This document shows, one piece after another, positions 11,728 through 21,117 of a stretch of 64,000 nt of DNA. The notes under the pieces are model-generated. The model was not told the DNA's origin. It worked only from the letters and a program-made list of their open reading frames with translations, and did no database searches. Source of the DNA: an uncultured bacterium (lineage in GTDB: Bacteria; Omnitrophota; Gorgyraeia; Duberdicusellales; CBEUCJ01); assembly GCA_965541615.1 (NCBI GenBank), contig CBEUCJ010000002.1:223795-287794 (forward strand), given 5' to 3'. Positions within the stretch are counted from its first letter, which is position 1. Each line of letters starts with the position of its first letter. A program made the translations under genes and the position numbers.

Positions 11728-14403
11728 TCATTTTTTCTTCCTTCTCTTCTTAGATTTTCTTTCTTTCAATTCTTTTAATTGAGCATGAGCTAAAGCCATT
11801 CTTGCTATAGGAATTCTAAAAGGCGAGCAACTTACATAATCTAATCCTATTTTATGACAAAACTCTACAGAATCAGGTTCTCCTCCGTGCTCTCCACAGA
11901 TACCTATCTTTAAATCTTTGCGAACTTTCCTTCCCTTTTGAACTCCTATCTCCATCAATAGCCCTACACCTTCTGTGTCTAACTTTTGAAAAGGATCAGA
12001 CTTAAGGATACCTTCTTTCAAATATTGGGGTAAAAATCTTCCTACATCATCTCTTGAAAATCCAAAAGTCATTTGAGTCAAATCATTCGTTCCAAAGCTA
12101 AAGAATTCAGCAATTTCAGCTATTTTATCAGCTGTCAAAGCTGCTCTTGGAACTTCTATCATAGTCCCAACACTGTATTTGAGTTTTACACCTTCTTCTT
12201 CCATAACTTCTTTAGCTATTTTATCTATTATCTCTTTTTGTCTCTTTATCTCTTCTACATTTCCAACAAGAGGGACCATTATCTCAGGAAAAACTTTTTT
12301 ACCCTCTTTTTTTAACTGACAAGCAGCTTTAAAAATAGCTCTTGTTTGCATTTGAGTAATTTCAGGATAAACTATTCCTAATCTACAACCTCTGAAACCC
12401 AACATAGGATTAAATTCATGTAAGGCAGTTACTTTATCTTTTATCTTTTTTTCAGGGATATTCAATTTTTGAGCTAACTCTTTAATTTCTGCTTCAGTCT
12501 TGGGTAAAAATTCATGAAGAGGAGGATCTAATAATCTTATAGTTACTGGGTATCCTTTCATCACTTTAAAGATCTCATAAAAATCTTTTTGCTGAAGAGG
12601 TAGTAACTTATCTAAGGCTTTTTTCCTTTCTTCTGAATTATCAGCTAATATCATCTCCTGCATAATAGGTAATCTGTCTTTAGCAAAGAACATGTGTTCA
12701 GTTCTACATAAACCTATGCCTTCAGCTCCAAATTTTAAAGCAGTCTCTGCATCATGAGGTGTATCAGCATTAGCTCTTACTTTTAACTTTCTTACTGAAT
12801 CTGCCCACCTTAAAAGAGTCTTAAACTCTGGAGTCAATTCAGGTTCTATTAAAGGAGCTTTGCCCAAAAACACTTCTCCTGTAGAGCCATTTATAGTAAT
12901 AATATCTCCTTCTTTTATTATCTTTCCATTAATATGAAATTCTTTTTTATCTTCATAGACTAAAATATCTTGACATCCTACCACACATGGTTTTCCCATA
13001 CCTCTTCCTACTACAGCTGCATGAGAGGTTAAACCTCCTGTAGAAGTCAAAATTCCTTGAGAAGCATGCATACCTCCTACATCTTCAGGAGAGGTCTCTT
13101 TTCTTACCAATATTACTCTTTCTCCAGATTCAGCCTGCTTTATAGCTTCCTCTGCAGTAAAGACTACTTTACCACTAGCAGCTCCTGGTGAAGCAGCCAA
13201 ACCCTTAGCAATAGGGGCTTCTTTAAAAGAAGGATCTATTGTTGGATGTAAAAGTTGATCTAAACTTTGTGGAGATACTCTTAAAATAGCTTCCTCTTTG
13301 GTAATTAGTTTCTCTTTAACCATATCTACAGCTATCTTTACTGCTGCTCTTGCAGTCCTTTTTCCTGTTCTGGTTTGTAAAAGATATAACTTACCCTCTT
13401 GAATTGTGAACTCCATATCCTGCATATCTCTGTAATGCTTTTCTAATTTTTGAGCTATTCTATAAAGCTGATTGTAAACTTTGGGCATTATCTTCTTTAA
13501 TTCTTCTAATTTTAAAGGAGTCCTAATACCAGCTACTACATCTTCTCCTTGAGCATTCTGTAAAAACTCACCATAAAAAACTTTCTTACCAGTAGAAGGA
13601 TCTCTTGTAAAACAAACACCTGTCCCAGAATTTTCTCCCATGTTTCCAAAGACCATTGCCTGCACATTCACAGCTGTCCCTAAATCATCAGGAATATTAT
13701 TAAGTTTTCTGTAAATTATTGCTCTCTCATTATTCCAAGATTCAAAAACAGCATTTATAGCCATCTTAAGTTGCTCAAATGCTGATTGAGGAAGTTCTGT
13801 TCCTGTTTCTTTCTTAATCAACTCTTTGTATTTACAGATTATATCTTTTAGATCTTCAACATCTAATTCTATATCGAATTTAACATTCTTCTCTTTTTTC
13901 TTTTCACTCAAAATCTCTTCAAACTTTTCATGCTTTACTTTCAAAACCACATTTCCAAACATCTGAATAAATCTTCTATAAGAATCATAAGCAAATCTTT
14001 CATTCTTAGTAAGCTTTGCTAATCCTTTAACACTCTCATCTGTTAAACCCAAATTCAAAATAGTATCCATCATCCCTGGCATAGAAATAGGAGCTCCACT
14101 CCTTACAGAAACCAAAAGAGGATTATTTTCATCTCCAAATTTTTTTCCCATAACTTTCTCTAATCTATTCAAATACTTTTTAACATTTTCATAAAAACCT
14201 TCAGGATATGATTTATTATGCTGATAATAATAACTGCAGATCTCTGTAGTAATAGTAAACCCAGGAGGTACAGGTATACCTAAATTGGTCATCTCTGCTA
14301 AATTTGCACCTTTTCCTCCTAAAAGATTTTTCATCTTTGCACTACCTTCAGCTTTACCTTCTCCAAAAAAGTAGATATACTTCTTTTTAAAAGTCTTTTT
14401 CAT
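11728..14403 (-). CDS. ppdK: Pyruvate, phosphate dikinase
   Basis: 891 aa. N-terminus GGKGANLAEM, phospho-His domain GGLTSHAAVVGRGMG, PEP-utilising C-terminus. Confidence 0.95.
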   Translation of the reverse strand: MKKTFKKKYIYFFGEGKAEGSAKMKNLLGGKGANLAEMTNLGIPVPPGFTITTEICSYYYQHNKSYPEGFYENVKKYLNRLEKVMGKKFGDENNPLLVSVRSGAPISMPGMMDTILNLGLTDESVKGLAKLTKNERFAYDSYRRFIQMFGNVVLKVKHEKFEEILSEKKKEKNVKFDIELDVEDLKDIICKYKELIKKETGTELPQSAFEQLKMAINAVFESWNNERAIIYRKLNNIPDDLGTAVNVQAMVFGNMGENSGTGVCFTRDPSTGKKVFYGEFLQNAQGEDVVAGIRTPLKLEELKKIMPKVYNQLYRIAQKLEKHYRDMQDMEFTIQEGKLYLLQTRTGKRTARAAVKIAVDMVKEKLITKEEAILRVSPQSLDQLLHPTIDPSFKEAPIAKGLAASPGAASGKVVFTAEEAIKQAESGERVILVRKETSPEDVGGMHASQGILTSTGGLTSHAAVVGRGMGKPCVVGCQDILVYEDKKEFHINGKIIKEGDIITINGSTGEVFLGKAPLIEPELTPEFKTLLRWADSVRKLKVRANADTPHDAETALKFGAEGIGLCRTEHMFFAKDRLPIMQEMILADNSEERKKALDKLLPLQQKDFYEIFKVMKGYPVTIRLLDPPLHEFLPKTEAEIKELAQKLNIPEKKIKDKVTALHEFNPMLGFRGCRLGIVYPEITQMQTRAIFKAACQLKKEGKKVFPEIMVPLVGNVEEIKRQKEIIDKIAKEVMEEEGVKLKYSVGTMIEVPRAALTADKIAEIAEFFSFGTNDLTQMTFGFSRDDVGRFLPQYLKEGILKSDPFQKLDTEGVGLLMEIGVQKGRKVRKDLKIGICGEHGGEPDSVEFCHKIGLDYVSCSPFRIPIARMALAHAQLKELKERKSKKRRKKK

Positions 14404-14407
14404 TTCT

Positions 14408-16279
14408 TCACCTCCCTTTTAATTTCATAAAATCAGCTATATTCTCTTTTAAAGGTGAATAGATTTCATACAACAGTCTTGCTCTATTCATCTTCAAATT
14501 TTTATCTTCTACATTGACCAAAACTTTATCAAAAAAGTTATGTAAAGAAGGTAGAATCTGCGAGTAAATCTTAATTATTTTACCATATTTTTTTTCTTTT
14601 AAAAGAACTTCAAACTCAGATTTAATTCTTAAAAATTCTTTATATAATTCTTTTTCAGGATGTTCTTTTAGAAGAGGTTCCTTTAAAGGAGGTAATGTTT
14701 TTTCTTTTTTAAGTATGGGTTTAAGAATTCTATAACACCTCTCATACACTTTTAAAGTATTTGTAAAATCAACAGATTCATAAAGAGCATCTAATTCTTT
14801 TAATCTTTTAAAAAATTCCCAAATTCTAAAAGGTTTCGTTTCTAATAAAGCTTCGATTAAATCTTTTCTTTTCGTAAAATTAAGAGCTAATGTTCTTATT
14901 CTTTCTTTAAAAAACTCTAAAACTTGAGAAACTTCTTTAAGACCTATAATTTGACAAGATTTTTCTACCAATTCTTTTAAATCACAGATTAAATCTCCTT
15001 CACAAAGAATCCTAATTATTCCTAAAGCTTGCCTCTTTAATCCAAAAGGATCTGCTTCTCCTGTAGGTTTGAATCCTTTAAAGAATACGCCTACAATGTT
15101 ATCTAATTTGTCTGCTATACTTAAAATTTTACCTAAAAAACTCTGAGGAATTTTATCTTGAAAAGTCTTAGGTAAATAATGCTCGTAAATAGCTTCACAG
15201 ATTATTTTTGAAAAACCTTGCTTCTTAGCATAAAATGAGCCTACAACTCCTTGCAGAGAAGGGAATTCTTTTACCATGTTGGTGACTAAATCTGCTTTTA
15301 TTAAATAAGAAGCTAATTCTATTTCTTTGGCATCTAACTCAGGTTTATTTTCTATTTTTTGACATATAAATTCTGCTAACTCTTTTATTCTCTGTGCTTT
15401 TTCGTAAAAACTACCTAACCCTTCTAAAAATATTAAACTTTTAAGAGATGCTGCTCTATCTTTTAAAGAAATTTTTAAATCTTCTTTCATAAAATATAGA
15501 GCGTCTTTCAATCTGGCATCTAAAACATTCTCATAGTTTCTTCTTACTATATTCAAATTCTTTGGCTTTGTTTCCAATACAGCTATGAATTTATTTATAA
15601 GAGAACCATCCTCTTTTATTAAAGGAAATATTCTCTGATATTTAGACATGCTAGCTATCAAAACTTGAGGAGGTAGTTTTAAATACTCTTGTTTAAAATT
15701 TCCTACAAAAATAAAAGGAGATTCTGTCAAAAAATTCACTTCTTCTAAAAGGTTTGAATCAAACTCTTGTTTACATTTAAATTTTTTTGCTATTTTTTTA
15801 AGGTTCTCTAAAATTTTCCTTTTACGTATATTTTGATCATAAATAATTCCTTTCTTATCTAAAAATTTAAAAAATTCTCTGGGAGTTTTAATCAGTTTAG
15901 ATTTTAATAACTTTGTTTTAGGATCGATAAAAAAAGTTTTTCTATTTGAAACTACATCTGCGATTTTAAATTTTATCACCTCTTTATCTAACAAACATAC
16001 TATCCAATCGATCGGTCTTAAGAATCTGTATTTGGAATCTTCCCACCACATACTCTCTGCAAGTTTAAAATTGCTTAAAATTTTTATAAGAACTTCTTTT
16101 AAAGTAATCTTATTAAAATCTCCTTCTGCATAAAGAATGAGTCTCCTATAGGTGCAAAAGCCTTTTAATTGGCATTTATTAAAAAAATTTTTAAATTTAG
16201 ATTTTAATTGATTTAAAATATCCTGAACACTTTCTGGAGGTAGTTCTTGAACACCTATTTCTAATAAAAACTCACTCAT
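14408..16279 (-). CDS. glyS: Glycine--tRNA ligase beta subunit
   Basis: 623 aa. N-terminus MSEFLLEIGVQELPP. Overlaps glyQ by 8 nt. Confidence 0.9.
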   Translation of the reverse strand: MSEFLLEIGVQELPPESVQDILNQLKSKFKNFFNKCQLKGFCTYRRLILYAEGDFNKITLKEVLIKILSNFKLAESMWWEDSKYRFLRPIDWIVCLLDKEVIKFKIADVVSNRKTFFIDPKTKLLKSKLIKTPREFFKFLDKKGIIYDQNIRKRKILENLKKIAKKFKCKQEFDSNLLEEVNFLTESPFIFVGNFKQEYLKLPPQVLIASMSKYQRIFPLIKEDGSLINKFIAVLETKPKNLNIVRRNYENVLDARLKDALYFMKEDLKISLKDRAASLKSLIFLEGLGSFYEKAQRIKELAEFICQKIENKPELDAKEIELASYLIKADLVTNMVKEFPSLQGVVGSFYAKKQGFSKIICEAIYEHYLPKTFQDKIPQSFLGKILSIADKLDNIVGVFFKGFKPTGEADPFGLKRQALGIIRILCEGDLICDLKELVEKSCQIIGLKEVSQVLEFFKERIRTLALNFTKRKDLIEALLETKPFRIWEFFKRLKELDALYESVDFTNTLKVYERCYRILKPILKKEKTLPPLKEPLLKEHPEKELYKEFLRIKSEFEVLLKEKKYGKIIKIYSQILPSLHNFFDKVLVNVEDKNLKMNRARLLYEIYSPLKENIADFMKLKGR

Positions 16280-17132
16280 ATTTTTCTAAATATTTTAAAG
16301 CGCAATTTTTGGCTAAAAACCTTATCCTCTTTATAAAATCTGGTCTCTGAATCTGAGATATCGCTCCTCTTGCATCTAAAAGATTAAAAATATGCGAATT
16401 TCTTAGAACTAACTCGTATGCTGGAAACAACAAATCTTTTTTTAATAACTCTGAAATTAATTTTTCATTGTAAGAAAACTCTTCTAAAAGAACTTTCACA
16501 GGAGCGAATTTAAAGTTGTATTCACAAAATTGGATCTCATAATCCTTAAATAAATCTTTGTAACTTATGCCTTTTTTGTACTCTATTTCGTATACATCCT
16601 TTTTGTTCTGCAAAAGCATAGCAATTCTTTCTAATCCATAGGTAATTTCACAACTAATAGGATATAATTCTATATCACCTACTTCTAAAAAATAAGTAAA
16701 CTGAGTGATTTCTAAACTATCTAACCACACTTCCCACCCTAAACCCCTTGCTCCTAAAGTAGGTGAAGACCAATCATCTTTTACAAACCTTAAATCATGG
16801 GATGCTAAATCTAACCCCAGAAATCTTAAACTCTTTTTATAGATCTCTTTTACATCTTTTGGAGCAGGTTTTAGAATGACCTGATATTGAAAATATCTCT
16901 GCATTCTTAAAGGATTATCAGCGTATCTACCATCAGCTGGTCTCCTAGAAATTTGAACGTAAGCTGTCCTCCAAGGCTTTTTCCCCAAACACTTAAAGAA
17001 GGTGAAAGGATGGAATGTGCCTGCTCCTACTTCTGTATCGTAACTTTCAGCTATGAGACATCTTTGCTCTTTCCAAAAAGTATGGAGGTTTAAAATAATG
17101 TCTTCTAAATAATAACTCTTGACTTTTTTCAT
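16272..17132 (-). CDS. glyQ: Glycine--tRNA ligase alpha subunit
   Basis: 286 aa. ILNLHTFWKEQRCLIAESYDTEVGAGTFHP. Confidence 0.95.
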   Translation of the reverse strand: MKKVKSYYLEDIILNLHTFWKEQRCLIAESYDTEVGAGTFHPFTFFKCLGKKPWRTAYVQISRRPADGRYADNPLRMQRYFQYQVILKPAPKDVKEIYKKSLRFLGLDLASHDLRFVKDDWSSPTLGARGLGWEVWLDSLEITQFTYFLEVGDIELYPISCEITYGLERIAMLLQNKKDVYEIEYKKGISYKDLFKDYEIQFCEYNFKFAPVKVLLEEFSYNEKLISELLKKDLLFPAYELVLRNSHIFNLLDARGAISQIQRPDFIKRIRFLAKNCALKYLEKYE

Positions 17133-18049
17133 TCAAATCTTTCTTTTCTTAATCTTTCTATTATTTCAGGATCTATTTTAAAACTCTCAGCTTCAGAAGG
17201 AAACTTTCCTTCTTTTACATCTTTAATAAACTCTTTTATAGCAGTTTTAAAATCTTGAATCCAGTTCCTATACTTTCTTACAAATTTAGGTGTCTTTTCG
17301 GAATAAAAACCTAATAAATCATGGGTAACTAACACTTGACCATCACAAAATTTTCCTGAACCTATCCCTATCGTAGGGATTTTTAAAGATTCAGTTATCA
17401 ACTTTGCTAACATTTGAGGTACACATTCTAAGACCATACAGAAACTGCCTGCTTTTTCTAAACTTAAAGCAGTCTCTAACAATTCTTTAGCACTCTCAAA
17501 AGTCCTTCCTTTAACTTTATATCCACCAACATTTAAAACCTGTTGAGGTAACAATCCTATATGAGTCATCACAGGGATACCTGCTTGTGTTATCTTTCTT
17601 ACTAATTCTGTATGCTCTTTTGAACTCTCTATCTTTACAGCATGAGCACCTGCTTCTTTTACAAACCTTATTGCATTCTTAACAGCTTCTTGGATTGAAA
17701 TTTGATAACTCCCAAAAGGCATATCTGCTACAACCAAACTTTTTTTGGAAACTCTGCTTACAGCTCGAGTCAAAATTATCATTTCTTCCATACTAACTTT
17801 TAAAGTATCTTCATAACCTAAAACTACATTGCCTGCTGAATCTCCTACTAAGATAATATCTACATCTATTTCATCTAAAAGTTTTGAGAAGACTGCATCA
17901 TAAGCTGTAAGCATTATGATCTTTTCTTTTTTCTGTTTTTTTTCTAAAAGAATTTGAGGGCTAACTCTTTGAACCATACAATTGATTTTAACAGTTAATT
18001 TGGAGTGGTCAAGAAATCTAATTAAATTCAGATTTTGGAGAAAATTCAA
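17129..18049 (-). CDS. panB: 3-methyl-2-oxobutanoate hydroxymethyltransferase (ketopantoate hydroxymethyltransferase)
   Basis: KIIMLTAYDAVFSKLLDEIDVDIILVGDSAGNVVLGY. The true start is probably an internal Met (MVQRV...). Confidence 0.85.
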   Translation of the reverse strand: MNFLQNLNLIRFLDHSKLTVKINCMVQRVSPQILLEKKQKKEKIIMLTAYDAVFSKLLDEIDVDIILVGDSAGNVVLGYEDTLKVSMEEMIILTRAVSRVSKKSLVVADMPFGSYQISIQEAVKNAIRFVKEAGAHAVKIESSKEHTELVRKITQAGIPVMTHIGLLPQQVLNVGGYKVKGRTFESAKELLETALSLEKAGSFCMVLECVPQMLAKLITESLKIPTIGIGSGKFCDGQVLVTHDLLGFYSEKTPKFVRKYRNWIQDFKTAIKEFIKDVKEGKFPSEAESFKIDPEIIERLRKERFE

Positions 18050-19392
18050 AGAGTTTTAATTAAATTTTTAGCAGCTAAAATTCCTTGAGCTATAGCTTCT
18101 ACTACACTCGCTTCTCCTTTTACTATATCTCCTGCAGCATAGACTCTTTTAACTGTAGTCTCTAAAAGTTTATTGACTTTTAATTTTCCATCTAAAACTT
18201 CTAAATCTGGATGGGTTTTATATATTAAAGGATTAGGAGATTGTCCTATAGCTATTATTACACTATCAGTTTTTATCTCTAAAAATTCTCCAGTGGGAGT
18301 AGGTTTTGGTCTTTGAGTAGAATCTAATCCTCTTAGTTCCATTTTTTCAAAAACTACACTTTCTACAAAATCTTTGCCTTTAAATTCTTTAGGAGCTAAC
18401 AGAAAATTAAACTCTACACCTTCTTCTTCTGCATGTTCTATTTCTTCAATTCTGGCAGGCATAAATTCTTTTGTTCTTCTGTAACAAACTTTAACTTTAC
18501 TATTTAACCTGAGAGCTACTCTTGCACAGTCTATAGCAGTATTTCCTCCACCTATAACTATGGTGGTTTTACCTATATTTAAAGGGGTGAGTTTCTTTGG
18601 AAAAAGATGAGCTCCCATTAAATTTACTCTCATTAAAAATTCATTGGCTGAATAAATACCCCTTTTTTCTTCTCCTTTAATATTTAAGAGTTTGGGAAGA
18701 CCTGCTCCTGTAGCTATAATTACTCCTTTAAAACCTGCTTTAAATAATTGAGAAATAGTAAGAGTTCTACCTATTAAACAATTCAATATGAATTCTACAC
18801 CCATCTTCTTTAAAGTCTCTATCTCTCTGTCTACAATTTCTTTTGGCAACCTGAAAGAAGGGATTCCATAGATTAAAACTCCTCCTAATTTATGCAGAGC
18901 TTCAAAACAACTAACTTTGAAACCATTCTTTCGCAGATACCAACTCGCTGCTAAACCCGCTGGTCCTGATCCAATGACAGCTATTTTTTCTTTCCTTTCT
19001 TTTATTTTTATTTCCTCTTTATACCCTCTTTTATGAAATTCATCTGAAACATATCTTTCTAATTTTCCTATTCTTATAGGTTTTGATTTCTTACCTAATA
19101 CACAAGCACTTTCACATAAATTTTCTTGTGGACATACCCTAGAACAAATTTGTGGAAAAGGATTCTTTTCTTTTATCAGAAAATAAGCTTCTTTTATTTT
19201 GTCAGCTTCAATTAGCTTTATAAAACCTGGTATATCTATATTTAAAGGACATGCTTTTACGCAACTGGGGTCTGCACACTTTAAACATCTTTCAGCTTCT
19301 TTTAAAGCTTGAACTTTATCGATATCTAAGATTACTTCTTCAAAATCTTTTATTCTCTCTTCAGGTTTTCTTTTAAAAACTTGTAAGCACAT
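18046..19392 (-). CDS. nfnB: NADH-dependent reduced ferredoxin:NADP+ oxidoreductase large subunit (GltD-like; NfnB/SudA type)
   Basis: 448 aa. Two N-terminal [4Fe-4S] Cys clusters (CLKCADPSCVKACP; CSRVCPQENLCESAC), FAD and NADPH Rossmann motifs GSGPAGL and GGGNTAID. Confidence 0.7.
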   Translation of the reverse strand: MCLQVFKRKPEERIKDFEEVILDIDKVQALKEAERCLKCADPSCVKACPLNIDIPGFIKLIEADKIKEAYFLIKEKNPFPQICSRVCPQENLCESACVLGKKSKPIRIGKLERYVSDEFHKRGYKEEIKIKERKEKIAVIGSGPAGLAASWYLRKNGFKVSCFEALHKLGGVLIYGIPSFRLPKEIVDREIETLKKMGVEFILNCLIGRTLTISQLFKAGFKGVIIATGAGLPKLLNIKGEEKRGIYSANEFLMRVNLMGAHLFPKKLTPLNIGKTTIVIGGGNTAIDCARVALRLNSKVKVCYRRTKEFMPARIEEIEHAEEEGVEFNFLLAPKEFKGKDFVESVVFEKMELRGLDSTQRPKPTPTGEFLEIKTDSVIIAIGQSPNPLIYKTHPDLEVLDGKLKVNKLLETTVKRVYAAGDIVKGEASVVEAIAQGILAAKNLIKTL

Positions 19393-20207
19393 TCTTCCTT
19401 TTCTTTATAATGATTTAACCTTAAGATTAAACTATCAAAATCCACTTTATGCGCTTCAAATTCAGGACCATCTACACAGGCAAATTTTTCTTTACCATCT
19501 ACTATCACCCTACACGCACCACATAAGCCAGTTGCATCTACCATTATAGGATTTAAAGAAACTATAGTCTTTATATTAAACCTCTTGGTGATTTCTGAGA
19601 CTCTTTTAAGCATAATTGCAGGACCTGCACAATAGACAAAATCTATCTTCTCTTCTAAAAGGATCTTATCTAAATCTTGAGTTAAAAATCCTTTTCTTTG
19701 ATAAGAACCATCATCTGTATAAATAAAAATTTTTTCTGAAAGTTCTCTTAATTCTTTCTCTAAAAATATTAATTCTTTCGTTCTTGCTCCTATTAAAGTA
19801 TAGAGTCTTTTTCCTTTAGATTTATAATACTTTAACTTAGGATAAATCTCACATTGAGCTAAACCTCCTCCAATAAAAAGACCTTTATCAAAATCTTCAT
19901 CTAAAATTACCTTTCCTAAAGGTCCTAATATAGAATGAATGGTATCACCTTCTTTTAATTGAGAAAGTTTATAAGTTTGAGCACCTACTATCTGAAATAT
20001 AAACTCTATATAATTTTCTTTTTCATTCCAATTAAAGAGTGTTAAAGGAATCCTTTCAGAATCAAGGTCTTGTAAGACTACTATAAATTGACCAGGTTTA
20101 GCATTAATAGGGATTAAATGTGAATTTACTTTAAACTTAATTATCTGTGGGGCTAAGATCTTTTTTTCTAAAATAGTAAATTTTAAGTTCTCCATTTTTT
20201 TCTTCAA
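19350..20207 (-). CDS. nfnA: NfnA/SudB-type small subunit (PyrK-like FAD/NAD-binding, C-terminal 2Fe-2S)
   Basis: 285 aa. C-terminal CGACRV...CVDGPEF cluster. The called start is TTG. The in-frame ATG at 20195 (MENLKF) is the likelier start. Overlaps nfnB by 43 nt. Confidence 0.7.
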   Translation of the reverse strand: MKKKMENLKFTILEKKILAPQIIKFKVNSHLIPINAKPGQFIVVLQDLDSERIPLTLFNWNEKENYIEFIFQIVGAQTYKLSQLKEGDTIHSILGPLGKVILDEDFDKGLFIGGGLAQCEIYPKLKYYKSKGKRLYTLIGARTKELIFLEKELRELSEKIFIYTDDGSYQRKGFLTQDLDKILLEEKIDFVYCAGPAIMLKRVSEITKRFNIKTIVSLNPIMVDATGLCGACRVIVDGKEKFACVDGPEFEAHKVDFDSLILRLNHYKEKEECAYKFLKENLKRE

Positions 20208-21117
20208 CCAAATAAACTTGGATATTTAAGGAATTTTTTTTCAAAAATTCTTTTATTTTATCCTTACCCATCACAAAGAAAGCTGTGCTTAAACTGTCTG
20301 CTAAGCTCAGATTATCAGCTATCACACTAACACTTAATAGATTATTTGCAATAGGAAAACCTGTTTTAGGGTCTATTATATGATGATATCTCTTATTTTC
20401 AAATTCAAAAAATTGCTCATAGTTACCTGAAGTAGCTATAGCTTTGTTCTCTAATTCCAAAATTTTTAGATATCTGTATTTATCTTTGGGATCTCTGATA
20501 GCTATCTTCCATTTTCTATTTAAGTTTTTACCTGCACAATATATATCTCCTCCTGCATCTATTAAAAAATTATTTATCTTTTTACTCCTAAAAAACTCTG
20601 CTAATTTATCTACGATAAAACCTTTTGCTATTCCTCCTAAATCTATTTCTTGACCTTGTTTTCTTAAAAAAACTTCATTGTTCTTTTCATCGATTAACAG
20701 ATCTTTGATGTTAGTTAATTTTAATTTTTTTAAGATTAGTTCTTTTGAAGGAAGTTTTTTTACCCTTTTCTTCTTTATTAAACCCTTCCAAATCTTTATA
20801 ACAGGTGATAGCATCACGTTAAAAGCTCCATCTGTCAAATGATGAATTTTCAATGCTAACTTTAAACACTCTATTAGATCTTTAGATACCTTTGTTTTTT
20901 GAATACCTGCATTTTTATTTATTTTAGAAACCTCAGAATTCATATCATAATAATTAAAGACTTTCTCCAGATTTTTTAAGAATCTTTCTGTTTCAGGAGG
21001 TATTTCTTTTGAAGGAATTTTTATTTTTATTATAGTGCCTAAAAAAAGATAGGTCTTTTCAGCTGAGAAAGCTACACAAAAGTGGAAAAAGAAGATACAT
21101 AAAAATATTCTTTTCAT
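20137..21117 (-). CDS. apbE: FAD:protein FMN transferase (ApbE family), secreted or lipoprotein
   Basis: 326 aa. Signal peptide. IDLGGIAKGFIVDK, LIDAGGDIY, ATSGNYEQ motifs. Confidence 0.8.
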   Translation of the reverse strand: MKRIFLCIFFFHFCVAFSAEKTYLFLGTIIKIKIPSKEIPPETERFLKNLEKVFNYYDMNSEVSKINKNAGIQKTKVSKDLIECLKLALKIHHLTDGAFNVMLSPVIKIWKGLIKKKRVKKLPSKELILKKLKLTNIKDLLIDEKNNEVFLRKQGQEIDLGGIAKGFIVDKLAEFFRSKKINNFLIDAGGDIYCAGKNLNRKWKIAIRDPKDKYRYLKILELENKAIATSGNYEQFFEFENKRYHHIIDPKTGFPIANNLLSVSVIADNLSLADSLSTAFFVMGKDKIKEFLKKNSLNIQVYLVEEKNGELKIYYFRKKDLSPTDN

